A stretch of 64,000 nt of DNA from Candidatus Uhrbacteria bacterium CG10_big_fil_rev_8_21_14_0_10_50_16 (GTDB taxonomy: Bacteria > Patescibacteriota > Patescibacteriia > UBA9934 > UBA11717). Shown piece after piece: positions 39,452-48,846 of the stretch. The notes under the pieces are model-generated. The model was not told where the DNA came from. It was given only the letters and a program-made list of their open reading frames with translations, and made no database searches. Both the position numbers and the translations under genes were made by a program. How positions within the stretch are numbered: position 1 is the first letter of the stretch; each line of letters starts with the position of its first letter. The stretch spans positions 17,434 to 81,433 of the forward strand of contig PCYM01000006.1 of the NCBI GenBank assembly GCA_002774875.1, given 5' to 3'.

Positions 39452-41452
39452 ATGGCACCCAAGAAGACCCCGTCCCCTACCGTTCCATTTTGGAAGACGG
39501 TGGAGGACATGATCGGCCAGCAGGTCGGTCACGCGGCAGGTAAGGGCCTGTCGCACTCCCACATCGTCACCCTCCTGGTGTCGATGATGAACGATCAGGT
39601 TCTCGGAGCGCTCAGGTTGGCGGGGCCGTCTTTGACGGCCGGCGTCGGCAAGACGGCGTTCCAGGTTTTGAAGGGCCGGATCCCGGTCCTCAAGAACCTC
39701 GCGGATCCCGTTCTGGAGGAGGCCATGGAGGGCCTCCTCAACGGGTTCTTCTCCCACCTCGCCAAGTTCCCCGGTGCGACGGACGCCCAGGCGCGCATGG
39801 CTCTGTTGGCTGCGGCCAACGAGTCCATGATCGCGCACGCCCCGGTCTCCGGGGGGGCGGTCAAGCCCGGCAGCTTCGTGCTGTCGGATGCCGTGCTCAA
39901 GGCCTTGGAGGAGAAGTACGACGAGGACTCCGTCAGGGAGATCCTCGCGTGGTACTGCCACGGGGTGAGCTGCCTCGCAAGGGCAGCCCTGGACATGAAC
40001 GTCCAGGACAGCCTCGCCGTGGAGGCCGGGATGGCCTTCAACCACGGCGATTTCTCGAGCGTGGTCTCCGTGATCACGTTCGTGGAGACGGCCAAGAAGC
40101 ACCAGGGATCCTTCGAGAACCTGGTATACGCGTGCGCGGCCGTGGTCCAGGCCAACACCGCCGCCGACCACAGCGGCATGCGGACCACGTTCATGGCGCG
40201 CCGCTTGTTGGCGCGCGGCCTCAACTGGCTCGGGGTCAACGGGACCCGCCAGAACTTCATGAACGTTCTCGGGAACTGGATCGCCCCCGGACTGCTCAAG
40301 GACGGGCAGTTCGTGGCGTTCCTCGTGGCCCTCTGGGTCGCGTGCTACGTGACCACGGCGGTTCCGTGGTTCTACGCCGCGCGTGCGGGGAGCTTCGTCG
40401 GGATGTTCATCCTTGCGGCGCTCAATCTGATCGTGACCCAGTTCACCCTCAAGGTGCTGGGTCTGGTCGTCGGGGTTCATTCGTCCCTGTACCGGGGAGT
40501 GCTGCACTTCCTCGGCCAGAAGGAGGAGGGTGGCGGGGACAAGCTTCCTGCCCTCCAGTCCCTGAGGGCGCAGGCCTCCAGCCCCCTGCTGGTGGCTACT
40601 GTGCTCAACGCGATCTTGATTTTGCTCCTGGGGGAGACCCCGCGAGCATTCAACTTCGCGATCATGATCTTGATGGCGACCGTCTCGGTCGGTATCCTGA
40701 TCAGCATCTGGGACATGGCCAAGACGAGCCACGCCAAGTTCTTCCTCGATGCGGGGATCAAGTACCTCCTCCCCGTTTTGCTGGCCTCCATGGCCTGGGA
40801 CGTGTACGACGCCTTCACCCAGAGCCAACTCCCCGGCAAGGGGATGCGGCTCATGGGCAATGTCCACGAGTTCTGGGGCTGGGCGACCAGCTTCAGCATG
40901 GGACAGGTGGTCACGGGAGGACTCACGATCCTCTTGGTGGCCGCAGTCGCCTTCGCCCTCAAGCAGGGCAAGGTGTGGCACGCGATCGCCCTCGTGGTGA
41001 TCGCGGTCCCCCTCTCGTGGATCGTGGACTGCTCCGTTTCGGCGCCCAAGCGCGCCGAGGCCGCACAGGAGCAGAGGGCGCAGGAACATGCCCTCCAGCT
41101 GGAGACCCTTCGTCTCCAGCGGCAGGTGGCGGAGGCGGGGAAGACCGTCATTGTCGTCGGCGACCCGGTCCTCGCAATGCGTCAACTGGGTGGCCCCACC
41201 CGCAAGGCGGACATCGCCCTGCGGGTGCCTCGCGAAAGCTCGGCTGCAACCGAGCGCGAGGAGATCCAGATTGAGGATGAGGAAGAGTGGGAGGAGGACC
41301 TCGACATGTTCGTGCCGGAGAAGCCGAACATCAGAGAGATCCTCCGCGAGCGGGAGGAAAGGGCACAGCGTACGGTTCACCACCGTCCGCGGCCCTCCTC
41401 CCGCCGCACGTCGGCCCACCACCACCGCGCGCAACGGAATGCGCGTAGGTGA
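39452..41452 (+). CDS. GC-rich polytopic hypothetical membrane protein
   Basis: AAGGAG SD, soluble N-domain, ~7-8 TM, acidic then Arg/His-rich tail; terminator ~41526-41572. Confidence 0.8.
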   Translation: MAPKKTPSPTVPFWKTVEDMIGQQVGHAAGKGLSHSHIVTLLVSMMNDQVLGALRLAGPSLTAGVGKTAFQVLKGRIPVLKNLADPVLEEAMEGLLNGFFSHLAKFPGATDAQARMALLAAANESMIAHAPVSGGAVKPGSFVLSDAVLKALEEKYDEDSVREILAWYCHGVSCLARAALDMNVQDSLAVEAGMAFNHGDFSSVVSVITFVETAKKHQGSFENLVYACAAVVQANTAADHSGMRTTFMARRLLARGLNWLGVNGTRQNFMNVLGNWIAPGLLKDGQFVAFLVALWVACYVTTAVPWFYAARAGSFVGMFILAALNLIVTQFTLKVLGLVVGVHSSLYRGVLHFLGQKEEGGGDKLPALQSLRAQASSPLLVATVLNAILILLLGETPRAFNFAIMILMATVSVGILISIWDMAKTSHAKFFLDAGIKYLLPVLLASMAWDVYDAFTQSQLPGKGMRLMGNVHEFWGWATSFSMGQVVTGGLTILLVAAVAFALKQGKVWHAIALVVIAVPLSWIVDCSVSAPKRAEAAQEQRAQEHALQLETLRLQRQVAEAGKTVIVVGDPVLAMRQLGGPTRKADIALRVPRESSAATEREEIQIEDEEEWEEDLDMFVPEKPNIREILREREERAQRTVHHRPRPSSRRTSAHHHRAQRNARR

Positions 41453-41854
41453 TGTAAACCCCGGTGCAACGCCGGGGTTAGGACACAGGTTGCTCAGCAC
41501 CTAGGACCCAAAGCTGAGTACTCACGAAGACATCACCCTCGACCGGTTCACGGTCGGGGGTGTCTTCTTTTTTACAATAGGTGTTTGGCTTTTGCTGTTT
41601 CACCGTTCGTTGCGCCTGTGTCTTTGTATTTATCTTTCATTTTTTTGATCATTCCATCTCAGATCGCTTCGTCTTCCCTCCCTCGTTCATTTCTTTTGTT
41701 TGCTCACTCACCTCCACCAAACTTATTTACATCTGCCATATCAAAAATGTCGTACCTATGACAAATCTGATACAAAAAAACACCCGCCAAGAGGCGAGTG
41801 GTTTTATCTGATTCGATCTCACTGGATCCGATCAATTTGCTACTCAACTTGTTA

Positions 41855-42259
41855 CTAGACCTGGGAGGCGAGCAGGAGCTGGCTTATCGCGAAGTTGGAA
41901 ATTGCGAATGCGGACAGAATAATGATCATGCCAATAACTCCCTGTGTAAGCATCGTGGTTGCCTTGGTCACTTTTGCAGGATCTCCTTGCGCGGTCATCC
42001 AAATAAAACCTGCGTAGAGTGTAATGAGGAAGAAGATGATTCCCAAGAGACCCAAGAGCACGTTTACAACGTTTCCGATTGTATTAAAGATCTGATCTTG
42101 GCCTCCACCTCCGATGGTTGTAATATCTGCCGCCTGATCAAGCGCAGCCGTTGGGTCACCCGCATCAAAAACTGCTTGCGCAGGAATTGAGAATGCAAAG
42201 GCGCCGAGAAGGAGGAAGCTCGCAAAGAGTGTTGTGAAGAATTGTTGTGTGCGTGTCAT
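41855..42259 (-). CDS. TrbC/VirB2-like (CPR T4SS-type) pilin
   Basis: Signal, then IGNVVNVLLGLLG..YAGFIWMTAQGDPAKVTKA...VIGMIIILSAFAI. Confidence 0.88.
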   Translation of the reverse strand: MTRTQQFFTTLFASFLLLGAFAFSIPAQAVFDAGDPTAALDQAADITTIGGGGQDQIFNTIGNVVNVLLGLLGIIFFLITLYAGFIWMTAQGDPAKVTKATTMLTQGVIGMIIILSAFAISNFAISQLLLASQV

Positions 42260-42297
42260 AGGTAAAAAGTTGAATCAATGTGTTTTAGAGAGAACCG

Positions 42298-42693
42298 TTA
42301 AACGTTTGTTGCAATATCGAGCTGCGTTACCACAAAGTTGGTAATGGAGAACGCCGAGAGCAGTATGAGGAGGCCGATAGTGGCTGTGACGAGAATGTCT
42401 TGCGCTTTCTTTACTTTGGCCGGGTCCCCTTGCGCCGTCATCCAGATCGTCCCTGCATAGACAAACAGGATAAAGACGAGTAGTCCTGAGAGCCCTACGA
42501 CCACATCGATAATTCTACCAATGAGGAAGGGGAGTGATACAGGGTCAGACGCAAACGCTGCAGCAGAAGCGGTTTCGCTCAGCCCTGTCGTCTCCGCGTT
42601 AATGACGGCTAAAACAGGGGTTGCAACGGCAAGACCAAAGAAGAGAAAGAGCGACATGCCCGCCAACAACAGTCGTTGTTTGGTTGCGGTCAT
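42298..42693 (-). CDS. TrbC/VirB2-like pilin
   Basis: YAGTIWMTAQGDPAKVKKAQDIL..ATIGLLILLSAFSI. Confidence 0.88.
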   Translation of the reverse strand: MTATKQRLLLAGMSLFLFFGLAVATPVLAVINAETTGLSETASAAAFASDPVSLPFLIGRIIDVVVGLSGLLVFILFVYAGTIWMTAQGDPAKVKKAQDILVTATIGLLILLSAFSITNFVVTQLDIATNV

Positions 42694-42778
42694 AACGTGA
42701 GAGGACGAGGATTCATCTGCTCACGCCAGGACCCACAAGGGGCGCCCCTCCCGATTTGGGAGGGGTAGGGAACCTAGC

Positions 42779-43222
42779 TTACTCAGTGATCGAGTTTGCT
42801 GTTGCGCTAATAAACTCAGTAATAACGAAGTTGGTGATTGCGTAAGCGGAGAGAATGATCGCAAGCCCAATCGCACCTGCCACAATAATCTGCTGTGCTT
42901 TTTGTACTTTTGCTTCCGTTCCACCAGCGGTCATCCAAATGGCACCACCGTAGAGAATGATAATGACAGCTACGATTCCCAAAAATCCAAGTAGCACGTT
43001 AATGATGTTTCCGATTGTGGACTTGAGGTTTGCCTGTCCAAGCCCTGTTGCACCCGTAAAATCATCACTCAACAAATCATCGGCCGTGAGTGTTGACGCC
43101 GCGTGTGCACTATCAACGAGCACAGGTGTAAGCATAGACACGGCCATGGTACCGCCAAACAAGAGGGCAGCGATTGCGAACGATGTAAGAAGGTTGCGAA
43201 GAGCGAAACGTACGTTGGTCAT
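42779..43222 (-). CDS. TrbC/VirB2-like pilin
   Basis: YGGAIWMTAGGTEAKVQKAQQII..GAIGLAIILSAYAI. Confidence 0.88.
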   Translation of the reverse strand: MTNVRFALRNLLTSFAIAALLFGGTMAVSMLTPVLVDSAHAASTLTADDLLSDDFTGATGLGQANLKSTIGNIINVLLGFLGIVAVIIILYGGAIWMTAGGTEAKVQKAQQIIVAGAIGLAIILSAYAITNFVITEFISATANSITE

Positions 43223-43245
43223 ACAGTGTTTGTTTTTATGACAGC

Positions 43246-43581
43246 TTAGGCTGCTGTCGCGCCACCAAGTGTGTTGATGACGAAGGTTGCTAAAATGTTT
43301 GCCGCGAAAATAACCGCGAGGCCTATGACCGCCCAGATGAGCGTGTCTCTTCCTTTTGTAATTCTGTCAGGTTTACCTCCGGCCGTCAACCAAAGAAATC
43401 CACCCCAAATAACCATGGCCAATGCGAGCGATCCGGTGATTCCAAGAACCGCCTGAATCACGAATCCTATGAGCTGCGGAATACTGCGTGACCCCAATGG
43501 ATTGTACAACTGACTTGCAAACGCTGCTTGCGGTAATAGGCTCAAACCGAGTGAGAGAAACAAATAGTAGAGACGCTTCAT
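43246..43581 (-). CDS. TrbC/VirB2-like pilin
   Basis: LYNPLG, WGGFLWLTAGGKPDRITKGRDTLIWAVIGL. Confidence 0.88.
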   Translation of the reverse strand: MKRLYYLFLSLGLSLLPQAAFASQLYNPLGSRSIPQLIGFVIQAVLGITGSLALAMVIWGGFLWLTAGGKPDRITKGRDTLIWAVIGLAVIFAANILATFVINTLGGATAA

Positions 43582-43584
43582 AAT

Positions 43585-44136
43585 CTATGGTTGTTGAATA
43601 TAACATTCGCCTTCTGCATCGGTCGTGTCACAACAAACACCCGCTTTACAGATAAATCCTGGAGCACAGGCTTTTCCATTGTTGAGTTGCTCGGAAACTG
43701 GCGCGGGTGGTGGTGCACCACAGGTAAGGAATTCACTGCTACTCACGCTGCTTGCATCACCGCTGCGCAAGACGTTGACGCCGTACTGCACGCCAGAGAA
43801 CGCCCCGAAGACAATCAGAAGTCCAATAAAGGAAGAGATAAACATCTTGGTTGCCTTGGTTACCTTTGCAGAATCTCCACGCGCGGTGAGATAGAGAACA
43901 CCTCCCCAAACAATTACGACGAGCAGAATAATCCCCACCATTCCCATAAGGATATCGGCAATGTTGATAAAGAGCTGTAGCGCGCAGTCGAGGGCAAGAT
44001 TTGCATCTGGTCCCCCAGGCTTTGTCGCACATGTGGGAATAATACCGGACGCATCGATTGCGGTTCCTGTTGAGAGTCCCGGTGTATTGGGAATCGTCGC
44101 ATTCGCCGCGAGCGCTGTATGGATAAATGGGATCAT
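43585..44136 (-). CDS. TrbC/VirB2-like pilin with Cys-rich extensions
   Basis: WGGVLYLTARGDSAKVTKA core; C-terminal C..CAPGFICKAGVCC..C. Confidence 0.85.
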   Translation of the reverse strand: MIPFIHTALAANATIPNTPGLSTGTAIDASGIIPTCATKPGGPDANLALDCALQLFINIADILMGMVGIILLVVIVWGGVLYLTARGDSAKVTKATKMFISSFIGLLIVFGAFSGVQYGVNVLRSGDASSVSSSEFLTCGAPPPAPVSEQLNNGKACAPGFICKAGVCCDTTDAEGECYIQQP

Positions 44137-45548
44137 AGCGTTTGATTGACTTCGTTTTGTGCAATACCCAAGGCTTCTTCGATGGTATGCGTTCCCGATA
44201 CAATACTGTCGATCATTTTCTCCATAGCTTTCTCTGCGCTTGTTGCATCGTTTCCATTGTACCAGGCCTGCGCCGACAAGACCTGATCTGCAAAGACGGA
44301 AAGGTCAAAGTCTTCATTTTGTTTGAGCACGAGGCTGCGAAGCGCTGTTGGTTTTCTCGCAGCACTGAGGAAACTGTCGACGTTTTCTTCTGCTGCCGTA
44401 AACTGGATAAAATCCCAAGCCCAGTCTGGGTTATCACTTTTCTTAGAGACACTCTCGATCCAGAAGTTAGCGTAGTTAATGCGTGCGCGAAGGTCTTCTG
44501 AGATCTGCGGCATAGGCGCTAGCCCGATGTTGAGCTTCTGTGCACGGGCCTTAATCAGCGGATCGTGGTAGCTGTAGCCAAAGAAAAATGCTGTTTGACC
44601 CGCAACGAATGCATCGAAACTCCCCGTAAAGCTCTTGTCCCAGGTGTAGGCTTCCTTGGTTGGATTGGCAAAGTCGGTATAAAAGCGAAGCGCGTCGGCG
44701 GAAGGAAGGCTTCGACCGCTAGGGCCGCTCACTGTCTCTGCAAAACGTGCTTGTCCTCTTGCGTCGCTCATCTGTGCGCCACTTTGCATCATGAGAAGCG
44801 AGAGAATATCCGTTGATCGTTCTACATTACTACCGGTTCCAATCGCTGCACCTGATTGAGCAATCCCTCCATTGGCGTTGTACTTGGTGAGTTTAACAAC
44901 GTCTGCTTGAAATTCTTCCCACGTTGCTGGCGGTTGAGGAATACCAGCCGCATCCAAAATGTCTTTGTTGTAGTACAGCGCCAGTGTATCTACGGAGAGT
45001 GGAAGCCCATAGATACGATTCTTTGTACCAGCGGCGTCCGTTGCGGGGTAGACCACGTATTCTGGAACCACTTGCACAAATGAATCCGTCAGCTCTCGTA
45101 ACGAAAGCGTTTGTTCAGTTCTAAGGGCGACGACGAGTTCCTTTTTGAGGGTTCCCTTCATCTCCTGGTAGGTGAGTTTAACTGTGTCAGGCATGGGGGA
45201 AATGAGATCCGTGTAGCCTTTCATCCAGGTGTTGTGCACGGAAAAAATGTCTGGTCCACGGTCTTCCGCAAGCGCGCGAATCAGCTCGCCCTCGTACTCT
45301 TCAAACCGCAATTTGCGATAGTTGATTTTAACGTTTGGGTGAATGCGACGATATGCTTCGATCATGGGATCGAATGTATCCTGTCCATCAAACACACGCC
45401 AAACCGTGAGTTCAATTGGTTGCAATGCTTGTTGTGCGGCATTGCTTCCACCACGACAACCAAGACCAGGAAAGATGGCGAGTCCAACGCTTAAGAGAGT
45501 AAGGATCCAAAGACGTGTTCGTAACATACGTACCGATTGTTCATTCAT
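44133..45548 (-). CDS. Extracellular solute-binding lipoprotein (sugar ABC family 1)
   Basis: Lipobox GLGC, GPDIF, IYGLPLSVDTLALYYNKD, PPATWEEF, AWDFIQF. Confidence 0.9.
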   Translation of the reverse strand: MNEQSVRMLRTRLWILTLLSVGLAIFPGLGCRGGSNAAQQALQPIELTVWRVFDGQDTFDPMIEAYRRIHPNVKINYRKLRFEEYEGELIRALAEDRGPDIFSVHNTWMKGYTDLISPMPDTVKLTYQEMKGTLKKELVVALRTEQTLSLRELTDSFVQVVPEYVVYPATDAAGTKNRIYGLPLSVDTLALYYNKDILDAAGIPQPPATWEEFQADVVKLTKYNANGGIAQSGAAIGTGSNVERSTDILSLLMMQSGAQMSDARGQARFAETVSGPSGRSLPSADALRFYTDFANPTKEAYTWDKSFTGSFDAFVAGQTAFFFGYSYHDPLIKARAQKLNIGLAPMPQISEDLRARINYANFWIESVSKKSDNPDWAWDFIQFTAAEENVDSFLSAARKPTALRSLVLKQNEDFDLSVFADQVLSAQAWYNGNDATSAEKAMEKMIDSIVSGTHTIEEALGIAQNEVNQTL

Positions 45549-45637
45549 TTCAAAAGATGATTCTATTATAGCGGATTTATGCAAAAGATGTGTGTGCATG
45601 AAATAAAAAACACCCGATCGCTCGGATGTTTTTGTGT

Positions 45638-46525
45638 TTAGGCTTGGTCAATAAGCGAACGCATGTAAGCAAGGATGTCGTCCTTCATGTCTGCATGTTT
45701 GAGTGCGTAGGCTATGGAGGTTTTTGCATAGGCGAGGTTGGTGCCGCAATCCCACCAGGTTCCATCCAAGATACGCGCGTGTAGGGTACCACCGGTTTTG
45801 ATGTAGGAATCAAAAGCGTTTGCGAGTCGGATCTCACCCGAGGCGTCTTTTGGTTCATTCTTCAATACGTTGATATATTCTGTCGTGAGAATCTCACGCC
45901 CAATGTGCGCGTAGGTAGAGGGTGCATCCTTCTTTGCGGGTTTCTCCACAAACTTACTCACTTTCCATGCAACGTCGTTTACGGGTTCGCCATCAATCAC
46001 ACCAAAACGCTCTACGCGATCAATTCCCACATCTTCCACGAGCGTCACACACCCCCCGAACTCATTGTAAACATCCATGAGCTGACCAATCGCCGGACCC
46101 GACGTGCCTTCAATCAAATCGTCTCCATAACACACGGCCACGGCCTCACCTTCGTCAATAAACGGGATGGCTGCGAGTAGCGCGTGTCCGTCACCCAGGG
46201 GCTTGTCTTGTCGCACGTACGCAAAGTTCGCGAGCTTGCCTACGTTTTTTACTTTGGCGAGGAGCTCTGTTTTTCCGGATTGCTCCAAGCGATACTCTAA
46301 CTCAAAGTTGCGATCAAAGTGATTTTCAATGGCTGCCTTACCGTTGGACGTTACAAAGATAATGTCTTTAATGCCAGCCTCTACAAACTCCTCGACGATA
46401 TATTGCAAAATAGGCTTGTCGACAATAGGAAACATCTCTTTTGGCATGGCTTTTGAGGCAGGGAGTGCGCGTGTTCCCATACCGGCGACAAGGAACACGG
46501 CTTTGGTGATTGGTCGATTGTTCAT
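45638..46525 (-). CDS. galU: UTP--glucose-1-phosphate uridylyltransferase
   Basis: KAVFLVAGMGTRALPASKAMPKEM..VDKP, RQDKPLGDGHA, VEKP, WDCG. Confidence 0.95.
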   Translation of the reverse strand: MNNRPITKAVFLVAGMGTRALPASKAMPKEMFPIVDKPILQYIVEEFVEAGIKDIIFVTSNGKAAIENHFDRNFELEYRLEQSGKTELLAKVKNVGKLANFAYVRQDKPLGDGHALLAAIPFIDEGEAVAVCYGDDLIEGTSGPAIGQLMDVYNEFGGCVTLVEDVGIDRVERFGVIDGEPVNDVAWKVSKFVEKPAKKDAPSTYAHIGREILTTEYINVLKNEPKDASGEIRLANAFDSYIKTGGTLHARILDGTWWDCGTNLAYAKTSIAYALKHADMKDDILAYMRSLIDQA

Positions 46526-46661
46526 AGGTGTTTGAATCAGTAGATGTGGGGATGATTGCATATTTTGGGGGCGACGTCTAGCACAAATCACGATTGACCA
46601 ATGACTGTGGGCGTGGTAGGTTTGTGCTCGTTGTGGGGAGGTTTAGGGTGTCGATGAGTGA

Positions 46662-46699
46662 GGTTTCAAATATGCGACGATCGTCGGTGTTTTGAAACC
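46662..46699. repeat. 38-bp imperfect palindrome, copy 1
   Basis: GGTTTCAAATATGCGACGATCGTCGGTGTTTTGAAACC. Confidence 0.9.
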
Positions 46700-46778
46700 G
46701 AGCAAAATGATCTATAGAGTGTATATGTTGCCTATGATATTTGATCTGATCGCATCAGACCTGTACATATCACTATAC

Positions 46779-46870
46779 GGAGAGGTGCCAGAGTGGTCGA
46801 ATGGGCTTGACTCGAAATCAAGTGAGCTACGCAAGTGGTTCCGAGGGTTCGAATCCCTCCTTCTCCGCCA
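46779..46870 (+). tRNA. tRNA-Ser(CGA)
   Basis: GGAGAGG..CTTGA-CTCGAAA-TCAAG, long variable arm, GTTCGAAT, CCTTCTCC-GCCA. Confidence 0.96.
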
Positions 46871-46960
46871 AAGAAAAAGGCTCGTTGCAAGACGAGCTTT
46901 TTTCTTTGGCGAGGTAGAGCACATGCCATGCTATAATCACATCAGCAAACACCAACACCT

Positions 46961-47437
46961 ATGACACTCAAATCCTCCCTTCAGCTCGTTGCCTCTATAC
47001 TTATCTGTGAATTTGTTGGAATTGCTGGATCGTTGTTTACGTTCTCGTCCGTTAATAATTGGTACACCACGCTCGCCACACCAGCGCTCAATCCTCCAGG
47101 CTGGGTCTTTGGTCCGGTGTGGACACTGCTCTACGCGCTCATGGGCATCGCCGTGTTCTTGATCTGGCAGAAACGCACAAAACGCACATCGCACAATCGC
47201 GCATTGGCCGTGTTTGCCGCGCAGCTCGTCCTTAATGGTATCTGGACACCCATCTTTTTTGGCGCACACAACCTTGGACTCGCATTTATTGACATCGTCT
47301 TATTACTCCTTGCGATTGTTTGGACCATTGTGGAGTTTTACAAAATCTCTCGCCCAGCCGCATATCTCCTCCTACCCTATGCGGCTTGGGTGAGTTTTGC
47401 AACGTATCTTAACTTGGCTCTTTGGCTGTTAAATTAA
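46961..47437 (+). CDS. tspO: TspO/MBR tryptophan-rich sensory protein
   Basis: WYTTL..P..NPPGWVFGPVWTLLY, QLVLNGIWTPIFFG, LLPYAAWVSFA..LN. Confidence 0.95.
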   Translation: MTLKSSLQLVASILICEFVGIAGSLFTFSSVNNWYTTLATPALNPPGWVFGPVWTLLYALMGIAVFLIWQKRTKRTSHNRALAVFAAQLVLNGIWTPIFFGAHNLGLAFIDIVLLLLAIVWTIVEFYKISRPAAYLLLPYAAWVSFATYLNLALWLLN

Positions 47438-47441
47438 CGCT

Positions 47442-47840
47442 ATGTTTTTTTTGGAGAAGGCTGGATCCATCATTGTAAGTCATAGGCATCCAATGTGCGT
47501 GGTGATTCTATATCAAACCAAACAGCGGGATTGGACATTCCCAAAAGGACACGTGGAACCTGGTGAATCGTTCGCGCAAACAGCGAGACGAGAAACAAAA
47601 GAGGAGACAGGACTAGATGTTGAGGTAGGTGAGGAGTTGGGAGTCACCCAATATATACATCCAAATGGGCAGGAAATATCCGTGCACTGGTTTAGGACAC
47701 AATCACATGACGACGCAGAACTTAAGCCGGAATTTGCGGGAGGTGAAGCCGTGTGGGTGCCGTTGGATGCGGTTGAGGCTCGCCTTACGTACGCTAGCGA
47801 CAAAGCATTTTTTGCATCAATCAAGGATCAACTCGGTTAA
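47442..47840 (+). CDS. NUDIX hydrolase
   Basis: WTFPKGHVEPGESFAQTARRETKEETGL Nudix box. Confidence 0.92.
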   Translation: MFFLEKAGSIIVSHRHPMCVVILYQTKQRDWTFPKGHVEPGESFAQTARRETKEETGLDVEVGEELGVTQYIHPNGQEISVHWFRTQSHDDAELKPEFAGGEAVWVPLDAVEARLTYASDKAFFASIKDQLG

Positions 47841-47869
47841 GCGGGTGGCACGTAGGGCGCATTATAGAA

Positions 47870-47906
47870 GGTTTCAAATAGACAACGATCGTCGGTGTTT
47901 TGAAAC
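47870..47906. repeat. 38-bp imperfect palindrome, copy 2
   Basis: GGTTTCAAATAGACAACGATCGTCGGTGTTTTGAAAC. Confidence 0.9.
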
Positions 47907-48018
47907 ATTAAAGGAGGATGGTACGCAATTGCGTGCTGTTTTTTATGGGCGCGTGATCCTCACGAGATTGAGGCTTATGGGTTGACAAAAAGCAACAGTT
48001 GCTGTATGATCGCGCGTT

Positions 48019-48720
48019 ATGAAAAACAGCATCACTATTGGAAAACACAAAAACAAGTCCATCCATGTGGGAGGCCGTTCTTATGATCGATTGCCTATCA
48101 AGACGCCCCTTATTACAAAGGAGCATAATCTCGTGGACGTGTGTGTAAGCGGCACGAAATCCTTGATGCAACAGGATGATATTTTGTTTGTGAGCGAGAA
48201 GATCGTAGCTATTAGTCAGGGCCGCGCGTATCCGTTGATGCATATTCACCCGCGTCCTCTTGCGGTGTGGCTGAGCCAGTACGTTTCAAAATCTCCAAAC
48301 GGTATTGGACTCGCGAGCCCCTATACCATGGAACTTGCATTTAAACAGGCTGGTGTAGCACGTATGTTATTGGCGACTGTTGCCTCTGCGCTTACGCGAC
48401 CATTTGGAATTCATGGAGTCTTTTATTTGGTGGCGGGTAACAGTGTAAACGCGATCGATGGTCCTTGTGACTTTGCGATCCCGCCTTATAATCACTATGC
48501 AAAAATGGCTCCACAGAAACCAAGCCGCGTGGCCAAGGAACTCAAGCGCGAGCTCGGGTTTGACGTGGTAGTGATCGATGCAAATGATCTTGGCGTCAAT
48601 ATTCTTGGTAAGTCGAGCCGTAAAATTTCTACACGTTTTTGTAAGGAGTTGTTTAAGGACAATCCTATGGGACAGAGCACCGAGCAAACGCCGATTTGTA
48701 TTGTGCGTCTTGCGGCTTAG
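48019..48720 (+). CDS. F420-0:gamma-glutamyl ligase (CofE)-like protein
   Basis: PIKTPLI, DILFVSEKIVAISQGR, IDG, VVIDANDLG, DNPMGQSTEQTP. Confidence 0.75.
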   Translation: MKNSITIGKHKNKSIHVGGRSYDRLPIKTPLITKEHNLVDVCVSGTKSLMQQDDILFVSEKIVAISQGRAYPLMHIHPRPLAVWLSQYVSKSPNGIGLASPYTMELAFKQAGVARMLLATVASALTRPFGIHGVFYLVAGNSVNAIDGPCDFAIPPYNHYAKMAPQKPSRVAKELKRELGFDVVVIDANDLGVNILGKSSRKISTRFCKELFKDNPMGQSTEQTPICIVRLAA

Positions 48721-48757
48721 GAGGAATCAATTCTGCGTTGAGTGGTGTATTTTGAGA

Positions 48758-48795
48758 GGTTTCAAATATACGACGATCGTCGGTGTTTTGAAACC
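48758..48795. repeat. 38-bp imperfect palindrome, copy 3
   Basis: GGTTTCAAATATACGACGATCGTCGGTGTTTTGAAACC. Confidence 0.9.
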
Positions 48796-48846
48796 TTTTT
48801 GGTTTGCGGATTGAGAGGGAATCGGGATTCCTGATAGAATGCACGC

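Noticed and set aside
39353-41500. 715-aa antisense ORF and 441-aa alternate-frame ORF (39949-41274)
   Set aside because: Shadow ORFs caused by high GC3 of the real + strand gene; no SD, implausible composition
46662-48795. CRISPR array from the three 38-bp repeats
   Set aside because: Repeats are 0.9-1.2 kb apart with whole genes between them; no cas genes
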